A stretch of DNA of 64,000 nt from an uncultured Planctomycetaceae bacterium (lineage in GTDB: Bacteria > Planctomycetota > Planctomycetia > Planctomycetales > Planctomycetaceae), in NCBI GenBank assembly GCA_963815195.1, contig CAWFGE010000007.1:160001-224000 (forward strand), given 5' to 3'. Positions within the stretch are counted from its first letter, which is position 1. Each line of letters begins with the position of its first letter. Shown piece after piece: positions 29,536 to 40,562 of the stretch. Both the position numbers and the translations under genes were made by a program. A model generated the notes under the pieces. It saw nothing but the letters and a program-made list of their open reading frames with translations. It did not search any database and was not told the origin of the DNA.

Positions 29536-29736
29536 CGGTCGCTCCTAATTCCGTTGGAAGGAGACCCGTGAATGGGGCGACGATTCGCTTCCCATTCGCG
29601 TGGACGATCGCCGGCCGGATTGACTCGACATCAAAGGCTGGGCGATTTGGGCAAATACATTGCCGAGATCCTAGCAACCGCGCCCGCCGAATGGAACCGT
29701 GCCTTCGGTGGATCCGTCTCGGCGATCCGGCCGGCG

Positions 29737-30551
29737 TCAACTTTTGGCCAAGGCGATGATGAACATCGCCATCAGGACCAAGAATCCCAGGATCAGCACG
29801 GCATATCCGAGAACGAGGCCGGTGAGCGCCATGCCTTCGCCGCTGTAGGCCTGCCGGTTGGCTTTGATCTCCCGCAGCGCCAAATGCCCGAAGATGACGG
29901 CCAGGAGACTCCCCACGCCCAAGAGGACGTTGGTTCCCAAAATGCCCAGGATCAAACTGGCCGAGGCCAACGGCGGCGTGGGCCGCTCTCCGGCGGGCCG
30001 CCGCGGGAGAACTTCGTCGCGACCGATGATGATCGGCTCGGGTTCGGGGTCGAACGCGGGCGCGGAACGCTGGGCGCTTGAACCGCGGACGCCGCTCCGC
30101 GGAAGCCCGGGATGCGGTCGGCTTCCACCCAATCGGGGAAGGTCTCGTTCCAGACCAGCGTGTCCAAGGGCAACCGCCCGTTCTGAAAATACTGCCGCAA
30201 CTGGGCCTCCGTCACCGGCCCGCGGGTTTCCTCCGCTCCCTGGAGGCAGAAGTGCCATTCCAACTCGTCGTCCGCGGACACCACTTCCAGGTCGTCGAGC
30301 AACTGGACTTCGATGATCTCCGGCTCGGCGGGCGCCGGCACCGCAGAAGGCTGCTCTTTTCTTGCCGGCTGCGGCGGTTTGGGCGGCGGAAACAGCCCTT
30401 CGACTTTGCGGGCCGGCTGCCAGCGCTCTTTGTCGGTCGAGACCTGGTGCGTCTTTTTCAGGTGCCCCCGCTCGGCCTTGGATTTCAAGTCCTCGAACGA
30501 AAACGGCCCATGGACCTTGCCCTGTGACCGAATGTAATAGGTGTCGCTCAT
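29737..30551 (-). CDS. Two GYF_2 (DUF4339) domains plus a DUF4190 membrane domain, one frameshift near 30075
   Basis: YYIRSQGKVHGPFS and WHF...RGPVT..L....G.L...TLVW in one frame; LASASLILGI...AVIFGHLALREI...GEGMALTGLVLG in the next. Confidence 0.8.
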
Positions 30552-30671
30552 CGCGGTAAGTCCCGGCCCTCCGATTGGGATTGGTCGTGTCAGATAAGGC
30601 TCATCAAAGGTTAATCGAGGAACAAGCGTCGCATTCCAGTCCCATTCCATTAGCCGCAAGTTCGCGAATTC

Positions 30672-30756
30672 ATTAGCCGCAGGGCGCTAGCCCCGGTTCA
30701 TTGAGACACCCGGACGAATGAACCGAATGAACCGGGGCTAGCGCCCTGCGGCTAAT
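30672..30756. repeat. REP-like doublet with perfect 31-bp inverted arms
   Basis: 30672-30702 is the exact reverse complement of 30726-30756 (AATGAACCGGGGCTAGCGCCCTGCGGCTAAT). Confidence 0.92.
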
Positions 30757-30900
30757 CAATTTGACGAACCTTTCGGATCATCAGCCGGAACGCGCTGGCG
30801 GACAACCGAACGCTCGCTTTTCCAAATCTTCATAGTAATCCGATGCAGAACCGGAATCGAGAGGCCGGGGGGAGTTTTTTGAGAATGCCGCGATCGAGGC

Positions 30901-32697
30901 TCAATGCTGTTCCTGAAGTTTCCACGCCACGTACAACCGGTGGAACGTCGTGCCTTCGCGTTCGAGATCTCGGAACCGGCCGGTCTCCACAATCCGGCCG
31001 CGGTCGAGCACCAGAATCTGATCGGCCCGCTCGAGCGTGGCCGGGCGATGCGTGACCAAGAGCGTCGTGCACTCCGGCCGGTCTTTTGACAGACGCTCCC
31101 AGAGAGCCGCTTCGGTCTCGGCGTCCAGACTGGCTGTGCAATCGTCCAGAAGCAACACCCGCGGGCGGCCGGCCAAAGCGCGGGCCAAGGCGACCCGCTG
31201 TTTCTGCCCGCCGGACAACCGCACGCCCCGCGAACCGACAACGGTCCCGAGCCCCTTCGGCCAACCGGCGAAATCACTTTGAAGCTGGGCCGTCTCGATC
31301 GCGGCCCCAATCGCCTCGTCCGTCACGTCCTTCCGCCCGAAGCGGATGTTTTCTTCCAGCGTCCCCGAAAGCAAATGCGGCTCCTGCGGCACGTAGCCCA
31401 ACCGCCTGCGCAGAAGATCGGCCGGCCAGTCGCGGGCATCCCGGCCGCCGATCGACACCCGGCCGGCCGCGGGATCCATCAGGCGTGGCGCGAGGTTCAA
31501 GAGTGTGCTTTTGCCGGCACCGACTTCCCCGGCCATCGCGGTGAGCGTGCCCGGCTCGGCGGCGAAGTTGATGTCCTCAATCGCCCATCGTTCGCTGCCC
31601 GGATAGCGGTAACTCACGCGTTCAAACTGCACCAGAAGCGGCTGCGGAAACTCGCCGGCGGCGTTTTCCTCGTCCGGCAGAGCCGAGGCAATGTGCCGGG
31701 CCGAGGGCGGCGGGGATTCGGGGATCAGAACCTCCGGCGGAAACCGCTCGACTTCCGCCACGCGGTCGATGCTGACCGCGCACAATTTCCCGCGCACGAA
31801 GAACTGCCCGATGTCGAACATCGGCCACACGAGCATCAAAACGTAAGTATCGAACGCGATCAAATCCCCCAGCGTCACATCGCCCGCGATCACCATCATC
31901 CCGCCCGCCAGCAGCACCGCCACGATCGCGAGCTGCCAGATGTTGCCGTAGAGCGAATCAATGACGGTCTGCCAGCGGACGGCTTTGATTTCCGCCCGCC
32001 GCTGCTCTTCGATCGTGTGCTCGACGAGGCGCTGCTGGTTCTCTTCCACCGCGAAGGCTTTAATCACGCGAATCCCGCTGAAGCAGCTTTCCAGCGAATC
32101 GTTGAGTTCGGAAATCGATTGCTGCACGGCTTCGTAGCGCTGATGCAGCCGATCCCCGGTCACCACGAACAAGGCGACCAGAATGGGTAAAGGCGTGGCG
32201 GTATAAAACGTGAGCGCCGGGTTGATGACCAGCATCATCGCGACGCCGAACAGAATCAGCAGCGCCGCCTCGACGACGCGAAACACCCCCGAGCACAAGA
32301 ACCAGGAAATTTTCTCAGTCACATCGTCGTTCAGCCGGGTGACCACGTCCCCGGTGCGGAACTTGGAAAAAAACAAAGGCCCGAGCCGCAGCACATATTC
32401 AAATGCGCGCAGGCGGACGCCAAATTCAAACCGCATATTCAAAAGGGCCCGGCGGTATTGCATCACCGCGTAGATAAAGAAGTGCAGAATCCCCACGCCC
32501 ATTAAAAACCCGACCTGCCGCCACAGAAAGCCCGGCGTGAGCGACTCCTGAATCCCATCGATAATCCGCTTGAGCAAAAACGGATAGGCGACGAGGACCG
32601 CGGCATTCGCGACCGAGAGCCCGAGCAACAACGGCACCTCCCCGCGGTAAACCGCCCAATGCTCCAGAATCCACCGCAACCGTTCGCGGAACGTCAA
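30901..32697 (-). CDS. ABC exporter, fused permease and ATPase
   Basis: Six-TM domain, GEVGAGKS, LSGGQKQR, LLLDD; the true start may be ATG 32719 with a 1-nt indel. Confidence 0.93.
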   Translation of the reverse strand: MTFRERLRWILEHWAVYRGEVPLLLGLSVANAAVLVAYPFLLKRIIDGIQESLTPGFLWRQVGFLMGVGILHFFIYAVMQYRRALLNMRFEFGVRLRAFEYVLRLGPLFFSKFRTGDVVTRLNDDVTEKISWFLCSGVFRVVEAALLILFGVAMMLVINPALTFYTATPLPILVALFVVTGDRLHQRYEAVQQSISELNDSLESCFSGIRVIKAFAVEENQQRLVEHTIEEQRRAEIKAVRWQTVIDSLYGNIWQLAIVAVLLAGGMMVIAGDVTLGDLIAFDTYVLMLVWPMFDIGQFFVRGKLCAVSIDRVAEVERFPPEVLIPESPPPSARHIASALPDEENAAGEFPQPLLVQFERVSYRYPGSERWAIEDINFAAEPGTLTAMAGEVGAGKSTLLNLAPRLMDPAAGRVSIGGRDARDWPADLLRRRLGYVPQEPHLLSGTLEENIRFGRKDVTDEAIGAAIETAQLQSDFAGWPKGLGTVVGSRGVRLSGGQKQRVALARALAGRPRVLLLDDCTASLDAETEAALWERLSKDRPECTTLLVTHRPATLERADQILVLDRGRIVETGRFRDLEREGTTFHRLYVAWKLQEQH

Positions 32698-32750
32698 AGT
32701 CTGCCGCGGAGGTTGTCATGGTCTTTAACCCTTCGATGGTCTTTAACCCT

Positions 32751-34653
32751 TCAATTGACGAAGCGGTACACTCGCAGGCGGTGCTTCCAGAGAATCTGCG
32801 GCGTGCCCACGGGCGTCAACTCGATCGCGTGGGACTCTCCCGCCTCGTCCGTCGCGCGGAGCGTCGGAGCCCGCGTGTCCCGGTCGTTCCAATCCACGAT
32901 GAGTTCCACCCCGCGCGGCTTCCCGCTTTCGGCCGCGCCCTTCGTGAGCCGCTCGTCCCACCACGATTCCACTTCGAGCGATTCCGCTCCGGGCCACAGG
33001 GACGTCAGCACGTACCGCAGCATCAAGGGACTCCGGTCCGGTGCCACGATGATCCAGCGATCGACCGGCGATTGCCCGGCGAGTTCGCTGCGGAGCGCGG
33101 CGAGGGCCCGATCGTCCGGCGTGGATTCGCGGACGCCGAAGGACCCGATCAAGCCATGCGCCACGACCAACAGCGCGATCGCCACATCAAGAAAAATCCG
33201 CTGGCGAAGGTCGTCGGCTTTGAGCGTCCGCCACAGCAGCCAACCCATCCCCCCGCCGGCCAAAACCAGGAACAACAGCGTCCACAACAGCGACAAGACG
33301 GGATGGATCTCCGGCTGCGAAAACGCGCGGAGCAGCGGACCCGCCGAGGACCAAAGCGCCGGCGACTTTCATGCCCGCCATCCCGAAGCCGACCTCCACG
33401 GGCGCGGCGATCAGCACGAAAACCGTGATGCCGAGGGCCGTCAACACGCTGGCATAACCCAGCCGCCGGATGCCGATCTGCTCGATGGCGAGCGCCGCCA
33501 GCATCGTGGCCGGCACGAGACAGAAGCCTCGCCAGACCACGGTGAAGGCGTCCGAACGGTGCGGCCCCACCCGCAGGCTCAGCCACACGATCCCCGCGCA
33601 CGCGCCCCAGCCCAGCATCAGCACCAACGACCGCCGTTGCGATTTCGCCGCCGGCTGCCTCAACAGCCAAATCCCGGCCCCGGCGCCCAGAAACATCAAT
33701 CCGCAAATCGCTCCCGTCATCTGCGACAGGTCCCACAAAATCTCCCAGCCCCAGCCCGCATCCGGCGCGGCGGGCACCGGCAGCGAAGCCGATCCGACAA
33801 ACCAACTGCTCAAGAACGGCCAGCCGTGCCGGGCGAACATCCAGACTTCCCACCACCCGCCGACGACGAACCCGATCAGACACAAAATGCCCAGCGACCC
33901 GAGCGCGGGCCGGCTTTTCCAGGACTTGCGGGCCGCGGCGCTTTCGACTTTGAGCGAAGGTTTGAGCTCCGGCCGTTGCACCAACACATACAGAAGCAAG
34001 ATCGCAACAAGCACCACGGCCACCGGACCGCCCGCCAAGAGGCACAAGCCCCACGCGACGCCCGCCCCGCCCAGCGGCCAGGAAGAGGGACGCTTCGATT
34101 CCTGGCAGTGCACCGCGAAGCCCCAGCACGCCGCCACCGCAAACGCCAGCGTCAGCGACACGGGAGCCGGCGTCTGCGCGCCCTGCAGAATCGGCCCGCC
34201 GAACGCCGTCAGCAAGGTCGCCCACCACGCGAACTGCGGGCCGCGGAGCCGATCGCAAAACCCGAACATCAATCCGATCAAGACCGCCGTCGCCAGGTAC
34301 GACGTCAGCACCAACGCCAAGGGATGATCCGTCCCCGTCAACGACATCACCCCCGCCCGCAGCCAACTCGACAAAGGCGGCTGCCACTTGAGAGGCACCT
34401 CGACCGCCCCGGTGATCGTCGAAGGATCGAGCCAGCCCGTCGCCGAGTCCGCCGTCGTCATCGCGACCGCTTTCAGTCCCCACAGCGCATCGAGTGGCGT
34501 GAGCGTGCGGTTCATCAACACATAAAGCGGAGGCAAAAGCGCCAGAAGCGCAATCAAAGGCGACATCGCCTCCGCCCGGTTCAACAGCGGAAACAGCGAC
34601 TTCTTAGGCGATACAGACAACTCCAAAAGTTGCCGATCCTCAACAAACGCCAA
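32751..34653 (-). CDS. ArnT/GT39-like polytopic glycosyltransferase, frameshift near 33300-33340
   Basis: KWQPPLSSWL motif and many TMs in 33187-34653; continuation in 32751-33296. Confidence 0.7.
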
Positions 34654-34677
34654 TCTCGATCTCCCTCTGAGGTTTAT

Positions 34678-35359
34678 TTTTTAACGCAAAGGTGCAAAGA
34701 GGGGCAAAGGATCGCAAAGAGTCGAATCTTGCAAGAGCACGCCTTGAATCTTTTCATGTCCCTTAACCAAAGCGGTGACGGTTTTATGCAATCCATAGGG
34801 GTGTACGATCGCCTCATTTTTCATTTGCATCGAATAACTCAGACGTCCACTGGATTGGTCCATTCAATAGGCCGCTTTCTAGCCAACCACGAACTGTTTC
34901 AAAGGCTGCTTTGCGCATCACCACGTATTTCCGCGAGAAGGGGTAATTTTGATCGTAGAATGCCTCGAAGCACCCAATCGCATGACGATCTCCCAAACTC
35001 GTCAGTTGCTCGCCAACAAGTGAGCCGGGATAGTACATCAGGACGCATTCGGTCTCGTCCAGGAAGGCCGTGATCGTCTCAATCTCATCTGCCTGCCGCG
35101 TGTCAATCATTTCCTCAAGGGACACAACCACTGCTTCGACGCGGTTCCTTTCTCGGCGCAGCCTGTCTGCGGAATTGCACAAGATTCGGATCGAATCCTC
35201 GACCGATCTTGGAGAGATTCTGTAGAAGCCATCGCTGGCCTGGAAAGAGATGATGTGCGTGCGCATTTCAGCCGAAAAAAAGTGGACATCCCATGTGCGA
35301 CGTGGTCAATAAGAATCCTTTGCGTTCCTTTGCCCCTCTTTGCTCCTTTGCGTTAAAAA
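34678..35359. mobile_element. 682-bp cassette bounded by 42-bp terminal inverted repeats
   Basis: 34678-34719 matches the reverse complement of 35318-35359 at 40/42; arms are built of GCAAAG units at 9-bp period; no transposase. Confidence 0.7.
34814..35266 (-). CDS. Orphan Imm1-like immunity protein (hypothetical)
   Basis: 150-aa lower-GC ORF; C-terminus SLGD...F......YP....V....A..TV..W..SG.L...IQW resembles the Imm1 family. Confidence 0.55.
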   Translation of the reverse strand: MRTHIISFQASDGFYRISPRSVEDSIRILCNSADRLRRERNRVEAVVVSLEEMIDTRQADEIETITAFLDETECVLMYYPGSLVGEQLTSLGDRHAIGCFEAFYDQNYPFSRKYVVMRKAAFETVRGWLESGLLNGPIQWTSELFDANEK

Positions 35360-35363
35360 CCAA

Positions 35364-36334
35364 TCATTTCGATGAGCTTTTCTTCCACGCGATCACGTCA
35401 TCCAAAATTTGCCCCAAGGTCATGCTCGGTTTGCTGCCTAGAGTTTGCTCGAGCCGGTCCAAACACGGCACCCGGCGGCGGACGTCTTCGAAATCCTCGC
35501 CGTAGGCTTTGTTGTACGGCAGATATTCGATTTTGAGCTCCGGGTTCACGCGGGCGATGACTTCCTCGGCCAGCCGGCGAATCGTCACCGCCTGGTCGCT
35601 GCCGATGTTATACACTTGCCCGTTCGCGGCCGGGGTGTCCATCAGGCGGACCACGCAATCGACCACTTCGCGGACGTGGGCAAAGCAGCGGACCTGCTCT
35701 CCATCATCATAAACCACCACGGGGCCGCCTGCGAGGGCTTGATCGACGAACCGCGGAATGACCATCCCATAATGCCCGACCTGCCGAGGTCCCACCACGT
35801 TGAAAAACCGCCCGACCACCGCCTGGACGCCGAACTTCCGATGATAAGCGAGCACAAAAACTCATCGATGGCCTTCGAGCACCCGTAAGCCCACCGCGGC
35901 CGGGAGGTCGGTCCCAGGTGCAGATCGTCCTCTTCGGTCCACTCTTCCTTGGGGTTCTTGCCGTAAACTTCGCTGGTGGACGCGAGGAACACCCGCTGCT
36001 TGCCCTGGGCCGCCATCTGCAGGAGCATCTCGGTGGGATAGATGTTCGTCTCGATCGTCCGTACCGGATCGTCCGCCACCAGCTTCACGCCCACCGCGGC
36101 GGCGAGATGATAGACCACATCGATCCCCGGCATCACCAGCCCCAAAGCCACGTTGTCGGTAATCGACCCCGATTGAAACGACAGCCGGGGATGCGATTGG
36201 GCCTCCGCCAAATTCTCCCGCCGGCCCGTGGAGAGATCATCGAGCACGACAACGTCATGCCCCATCTCCAACAGCCGCTCGACAAGATGGCTCCCAATAA
36301 ACCCCGCCCCCCCGGTCACCAAACACCGCGCCAT
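35364..36334 (-). CDS. NAD-dependent nucleotide-sugar epimerase/dehydratase, frameshift near 35857
   Basis: [24 protein letters not shown], then [10 protein letters not shown] in the shifted frame. Confidence 0.92.
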
Positions 36335-36490
36335 AAAACACCATCCCAAACTCAGCACCCCAAAAAAAACGCACGCCAGCAAACGCGCTCGAGAGTAGTG
36401 AATCCGCAAACGAAACAACAGGCCCGCGGGTCGTGAATCGCACACTCGCGAGGGGTGGAATCTAGCGAGCAGCGAAACGAAAAATTGTTC

Positions 36491-37348
36491 TCAGAAAGTG
36501 AGCAACAGTCGGTCGGTTACCACTTCACTTTCCAGGGTTCGTCCGTTCATTTGAAAGCGTTTGAGCATGGATCGGCCGCAATTCAGGAAAACCTCTCTCT
36601 CAAAAAGTCCGTCGGGAATGGGAATTTCGCAGAGGTGGTCTCCCGATTTTTTGGTGCCATCAATGCTCAGAGCCACCATCACGCCGCGATCCTTGCACTC
36701 CGCGATGACCTCTAGGAGGTGCTGCAATTGGAACGATTGGGCACCGTAGAGGATCCCCTGGCTCTGGGAATACGGCGGATCGCAATAGACCACGTCGCCC
36801 GCTTCCGCCATGCCCATGGCCTCGTCGTAACTAAAGAGCTGAAATTCCGTTCCTTGAGTTCGTCGCGACCATTCGTCAACTCGGTTGCTGAAGGACTTCG
36901 GGGGAATTGGCTTGTGCGGACCGCAGGGGGTGGACATGTATCCGTCCGCCTTGCGGAATCGAACCACCCCTCCGTAACAAGACCGGCACAAAAAGAGCAA
37001 ATCGGCACCATTGGGGTTCGCATTGTAGGCCGCTTTGATGCGTTCGTATTCTTCGACTTTGTCGCCACTCGCCACGGCATTCCATCGTTTCGCATACCAC
37101 TCCTTAAGCAAATCGGAGTCGCGGTGTAACGTTTGCCAGATTTCGACCAAAGGCGGAAACGCGTCGGAGGCCAACGCCCGCTTGGGAGCCAACGTCGCAA
37201 GAACGCCCCCGCTGCCCAGGAAGGGTTCAAAATAGCGGCCGAAGTTTTGAGGAAAAAAAGACGCGATTTCGTGTGCAAACCTCTGTTTGTTGCCGATCCA
37301 TTTCAGCAACTGGAGTTTAAATGGCTTCACGCACCAGGCCATCGGCAT
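36491..37348 (-). CDS. Dam-like (D12 class) DNA adenine methyltransferase
   Basis: LLKWIGNK, YFEPFLGSG and YCDPPY in alpha-class order; start uncertain (37399, 37348 or 37342). Confidence 0.92.
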   Translation of the reverse strand: MPMAWCVKPFKLQLLKWIGNKQRFAHEIASFFPQNFGRYFEPFLGSGGVLATLAPKRALASDAFPPLVEIWQTLHRDSDLLKEWYAKRWNAVASGDKVEEYERIKAAYNANPNGADLLFLCRSCYGGVVRFRKADGYMSTPCGPHKPIPPKSFSNRVDEWSRRTQGTEFQLFSYDEAMGMAEAGDVVYCDPPYSQSQGILYGAQSFQLQHLLEVIAECKDRGVMVALSIDGTKKSGDHLCEIPIPDGLFEREVFLNCGRSMLKRFQMNGRTLESEVVTDRLLLTF

Positions 37349-37415
37349 CAAAGAGTTCGAGTTGCATTGGTTTCCCGTCAAGTGGATAAATTCTTTCATC
37401 CGAACGTCCACACGA

Positions 37416-37438
37416 CAATATCCGAATTTGGGATATTG
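37416..37438. promoter_or_regulatory. Putative operator of the HTH controller
   Basis: CAATATCC-N7-GGATATTG, 24 bp upstream of the HTH start, between the divergent genes. Confidence 0.65.
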
Positions 37439-37462
37439 GTCAACCACCCGCACACTCCGGCA

Positions 37463-37711
37463 ATGGAAAAAAGCATTTTCACATCCCGAAGCGAGAAATT
37501 ACAATCCCTCCTCCGTGAGATTCGGGTAGGAGCGGGGTTGCGCCAATTTGATCTCGCGGAGCGATTAGGGCAGCCCCAGTCATTCGTGAGCAAATACGAA
37601 CTCGGCGAACGACGTCTCGATCTCCCGGAACTCCAACAGATTTGCGAAGCTTGCGGTACCTCCCTCGTCGAGTTTGTCCGGCGGTACGAGGAGGCGACCC
37701 ATGCAGCCTGA
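37463..37711 (+). CDS. XRE-family HTH regulator (R-M controller-like)
   Basis: LREIRVGAGLRQFDLAERLGQPQSFVSKYELGERRLD; overlaps the next gene. Confidence 0.9.
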   Translation: MEKSIFTSRSEKLQSLLREIRVGAGLRQFDLAERLGQPQSFVSKYELGERRLDLPELQQICEACGTSLVEFVRRYEEATHAA

Positions 37712-38579
37712 CACGAGGTTTCTCAAACAGCCAAGATACTTTTGGGCCAATGTTCGCAGCATCAGCCAAAAGTTTGGATACACCGAACGGGCGAAAAAGG
37801 GAGAGCCGAAAACGAACGGGCACATCAAGGTGCCTTCGATACAGCAAATGGCTGAAGTGATGACCACGCTCGGACTGGGCCGCGAGCATCTTGTTAGCAA
37901 AGGAAAATCCACAGAATTGGCAAAACAACTCCTTGCGTATTTTCAGCATCGAGCCGAAGCCTTGAACAACTACGTTCAGCCGCGGTTGATGGATAAAGAC
38001 AGAGCTTCGAAGGTTTTTAACAATTTGAGGAGGCGATTGAAACCGTCTTGTCCGATTCCCATGAACAAACAGAAAGGCGAGAAGAAGGCTGAGGCGTTCT
38101 TCACTGGTATTATCAACATGCTTATCGAGTCGAACGCCAAGGGGATGCCCTGCGACTACAATCCCAGGGAATTGACGACGGTGACTCTCAACGGAGTACC
38201 GCTGCGAACGCTCGCCCGTTGGGTGGACGGAGCATTTCCCAGTCCGGTGAATCCGATCGCGGTTTGGGAAATAAAGGAATACTATTACACCACAACGTTT
38301 GGCAGCCGCGTTGCGGACGGCGTTTATGAAACTCTTCTTGATGGAATGGAACTAGAGGAGCTTCGAGAACACGAGCAAATCGACGTCAAACATTATCTCA
38401 TGGTGGATGATCGATATACTTGGTGGGATTGCGGGCGATCCTATTTGTGCCGAATTATTGACATGCTTCACATGGGATATGTTGATGAGGTGCTTTTTGG
38501 GTATGAGGTTGTCGAACGCTTGCCGAAGATCGCGAAGGAATGGGTTTCCTTGGCGAAGAAGCGCAGCGACCTGGTGTAG
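37701..38579 (+). CDS. Putative type II restriction endonuclease (PD-(D/E)XK)
   Basis: VDGAFP...WEIKEY catalytic-like motif; linked to the MTase and HTH genes; lower GC. Confidence 0.72.
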   Translation: MQPDTRFLKQPRYFWANVRSISQKFGYTERAKKGEPKTNGHIKVPSIQQMAEVMTTLGLGREHLVSKGKSTELAKQLLAYFQHRAEALNNYVQPRLMDKDRASKVFNNLRRRLKPSCPIPMNKQKGEKKAEAFFTGIINMLIESNAKGMPCDYNPRELTTVTLNGVPLRTLARWVDGAFPSPVNPIAVWEIKEYYYTTTFGSRVADGVYETLLDGMELEELREHEQIDVKHYLMVDDRYTWWDCGRSYLCRIIDMLHMGYVDEVLFGYEVVERLPKIAKEWVSLAKKRSDLV

Positions 38580-38728
38580 TGTGTGATCAATGGTGGATTT
38601 CACCTCCCGGTGGGAAGGTGAAACAGCGCTGACAACGAATTCTTTCACACCGTCGTCGTTCCCCCTGTTTAGCCGGAAGAACCATTTTCAGGCCCTTTGC
38701 TGCGAGTAGACACGCGAAAATCCGGGCG

Positions 38729-40426
38729 TTAGCGCGACGGCTTCTCGGCCACGGCGGGCGCAGGCAAGGGCGGCCGGGCAGTGGGGGTTTGGGGGTTCGG
38801 TTCGGCCGGCTTGGTTGCGGGGGCGTCGGCTGTCTCCGGACGGGCCCAAGCTCGCTGGAGGAACGCGGCCGCCTCCGATTCCGGCGACGCGGTTTTGATC
38901 GGCTGGAGCACTTCGAGCGCTTTGGGCACTGCTCGAGTTGGGCGAGGCAACGGGCCAAGAGCATCCGGCAATGATCGGTGTGCCGGCCGTCCAAGAACTG
39001 TTCCGCCTTGGCGAGGTACGTCTCAAACTGCCGGGCGGCTCCCGGGACGTTGTCCTTTTCCATGTGGCAAACGCCCGCCCAAAACAGGGCGTCCTCGGCG
39101 GCCTCGGCATACATCGTCCGCACCGCCGGCGGCAACGGGGCGGCGGCCGGAATGTTTTTGTAGTCCAACTGGACCCGCAAATACCCCTGGACCGCCTCGT
39201 CCCGCCGGCCCATCAGTTGTTGGGTCCGGGTTTTGAGTTCGAGTTGAGTCGGCACCTGAAACGGCGCCCAACGCTCTTGGAGCCGGCCCGGGTCGAGGTC
39301 GTCAAATCCCTTCAGGCGGTTTTCAGGATGCGGCCAGACGCCGATGCTCTCCCGCGTCCACTGCGGACCGACGACCGCAGCCACCCGGTTCACGACGGAC
39401 GTCGTTTCCCGTGAAGCGGCCATCAGATTCTCGGAAATCACCAGGGAGGATTTCCCAGTCAAAAAGCGTTCGAGCCGAGCCATCCGCGGCGCCCACAGCT
39501 CGGAATTGCCGATGATCTCGATCCGCACTTTCTGAAACAGCGGCGGGAACTTTCGAGCGTCTTCACCCGCGAGAGCGTCCCAGACGTTGGCTTGGGAGAG
39601 ATCGGCAATTGTCGCGGGGATCGTTCTGTCCGGGGCCGCTTGACGGTTTTGCGGAACCGGAGTGGACCGCAGCGGATCGAACAGACGGACGTCCTCATTG
39701 ATGATCGCCCCCACAAACCAAGGCGACGACTCCCCGGCCGATTGCGGGCGGACGATCACCGCATCGAGCTTGAGACTGCCTGAGCAGCCCGGCGAAGATC
39801 CAGGCGCGGTCCGCCGCCGTGCCTTCGCCGAAGACGAGCATTTCATAAGGCGTCAGCGGCAGGGCGTTTTCGTCGGCGACGAGCTGCACGTTCCGCGTCA
39901 CATAATCGAACAAAACGCCCGCCCGCTCCAAATCATTGTCGAGACCCTGCGTCACATCATCGACGATCGCCTTCATCAAGAGGCTCGTGCGAATATGCCC
40001 CACGTCCCGCTGCGTGAATTGATCGCCCTCGGCTTCTTTCAAGGCCTCGGCGGACAGGCGGGTCTCGAGGTATTTTCTCGCCTCCTCGGACAGCCGCGGA
40101 CTGAATCGAGCGTTCTTGGAGCCGTTCTCGGATGTTTGAACCTGGGCCAGCCGCCATTGGTTGAGCACGCTCGCAGCGCGTTCCGGCGGGGAGTCGATCC
40201 CCAACCGCTCGGGCTGCATCATGTTCATGGCGACATCGAGCAAATCCAATCCGCTCGCTGGAGCCCCAGACCCGTCGCCTCCATTGGACGACGCGGTTTT
40301 GGAATCGGAGGAATTGCACCCATAAAACCCGGCGAGCACGACGGCCAAAAGGATCAAAAGAAACACGGACACCCGCATCCAACGCATCGGCGACGCGGGA
40401 CGTTCTGGAGAAGACTCATCAAACAT
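38729..40426 (-). CDS. Hypothetical lipoprotein with transglutaminase-like and TPR regions, frameshifts near 39770 and 38930
   Basis: FYGC lipobox-like; LFDYVTRN...TPYEMLVFGEGTAADRAW; TPR-like ALFWAGVCH; three consecutive frames. Confidence 0.65.
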
Positions 40427-40562
40427 TGGGGAGACACCTGAGATAAAGATATGATTTCGGAAAACGGATCGCCATTTTAAGTATACCGCGATCGTCATGG
40501 CGGTGAAGATGGGGGATCGTGATTGATCAAACGCCATCCTCGATCTTCCATTTTCCATCATC

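Noticed and set aside
32659..35073. 804-aa plus-strand ORF and other long shadow ORFs (e.g. 17579-19282, 28123-29571, 47638-49068)
   Set aside because: Arg/Pro/Gly-rich antisense frames of well-supported genes, expected in high-GC DNA
34678..35359. Cassette as an integron attC cassette or classic MITE
   Set aside because: No GTTRRRY/RYYYAAC attC structure, integrase or clear target duplication; kept as an unexplained cassette instead
36437..38588. ATCGCACACT / AGTGTGTGAT as terminal inverted repeats of the R-M module
   Set aside because: Only 9/10 bp, with no target duplication or recombinase; compatible with chance
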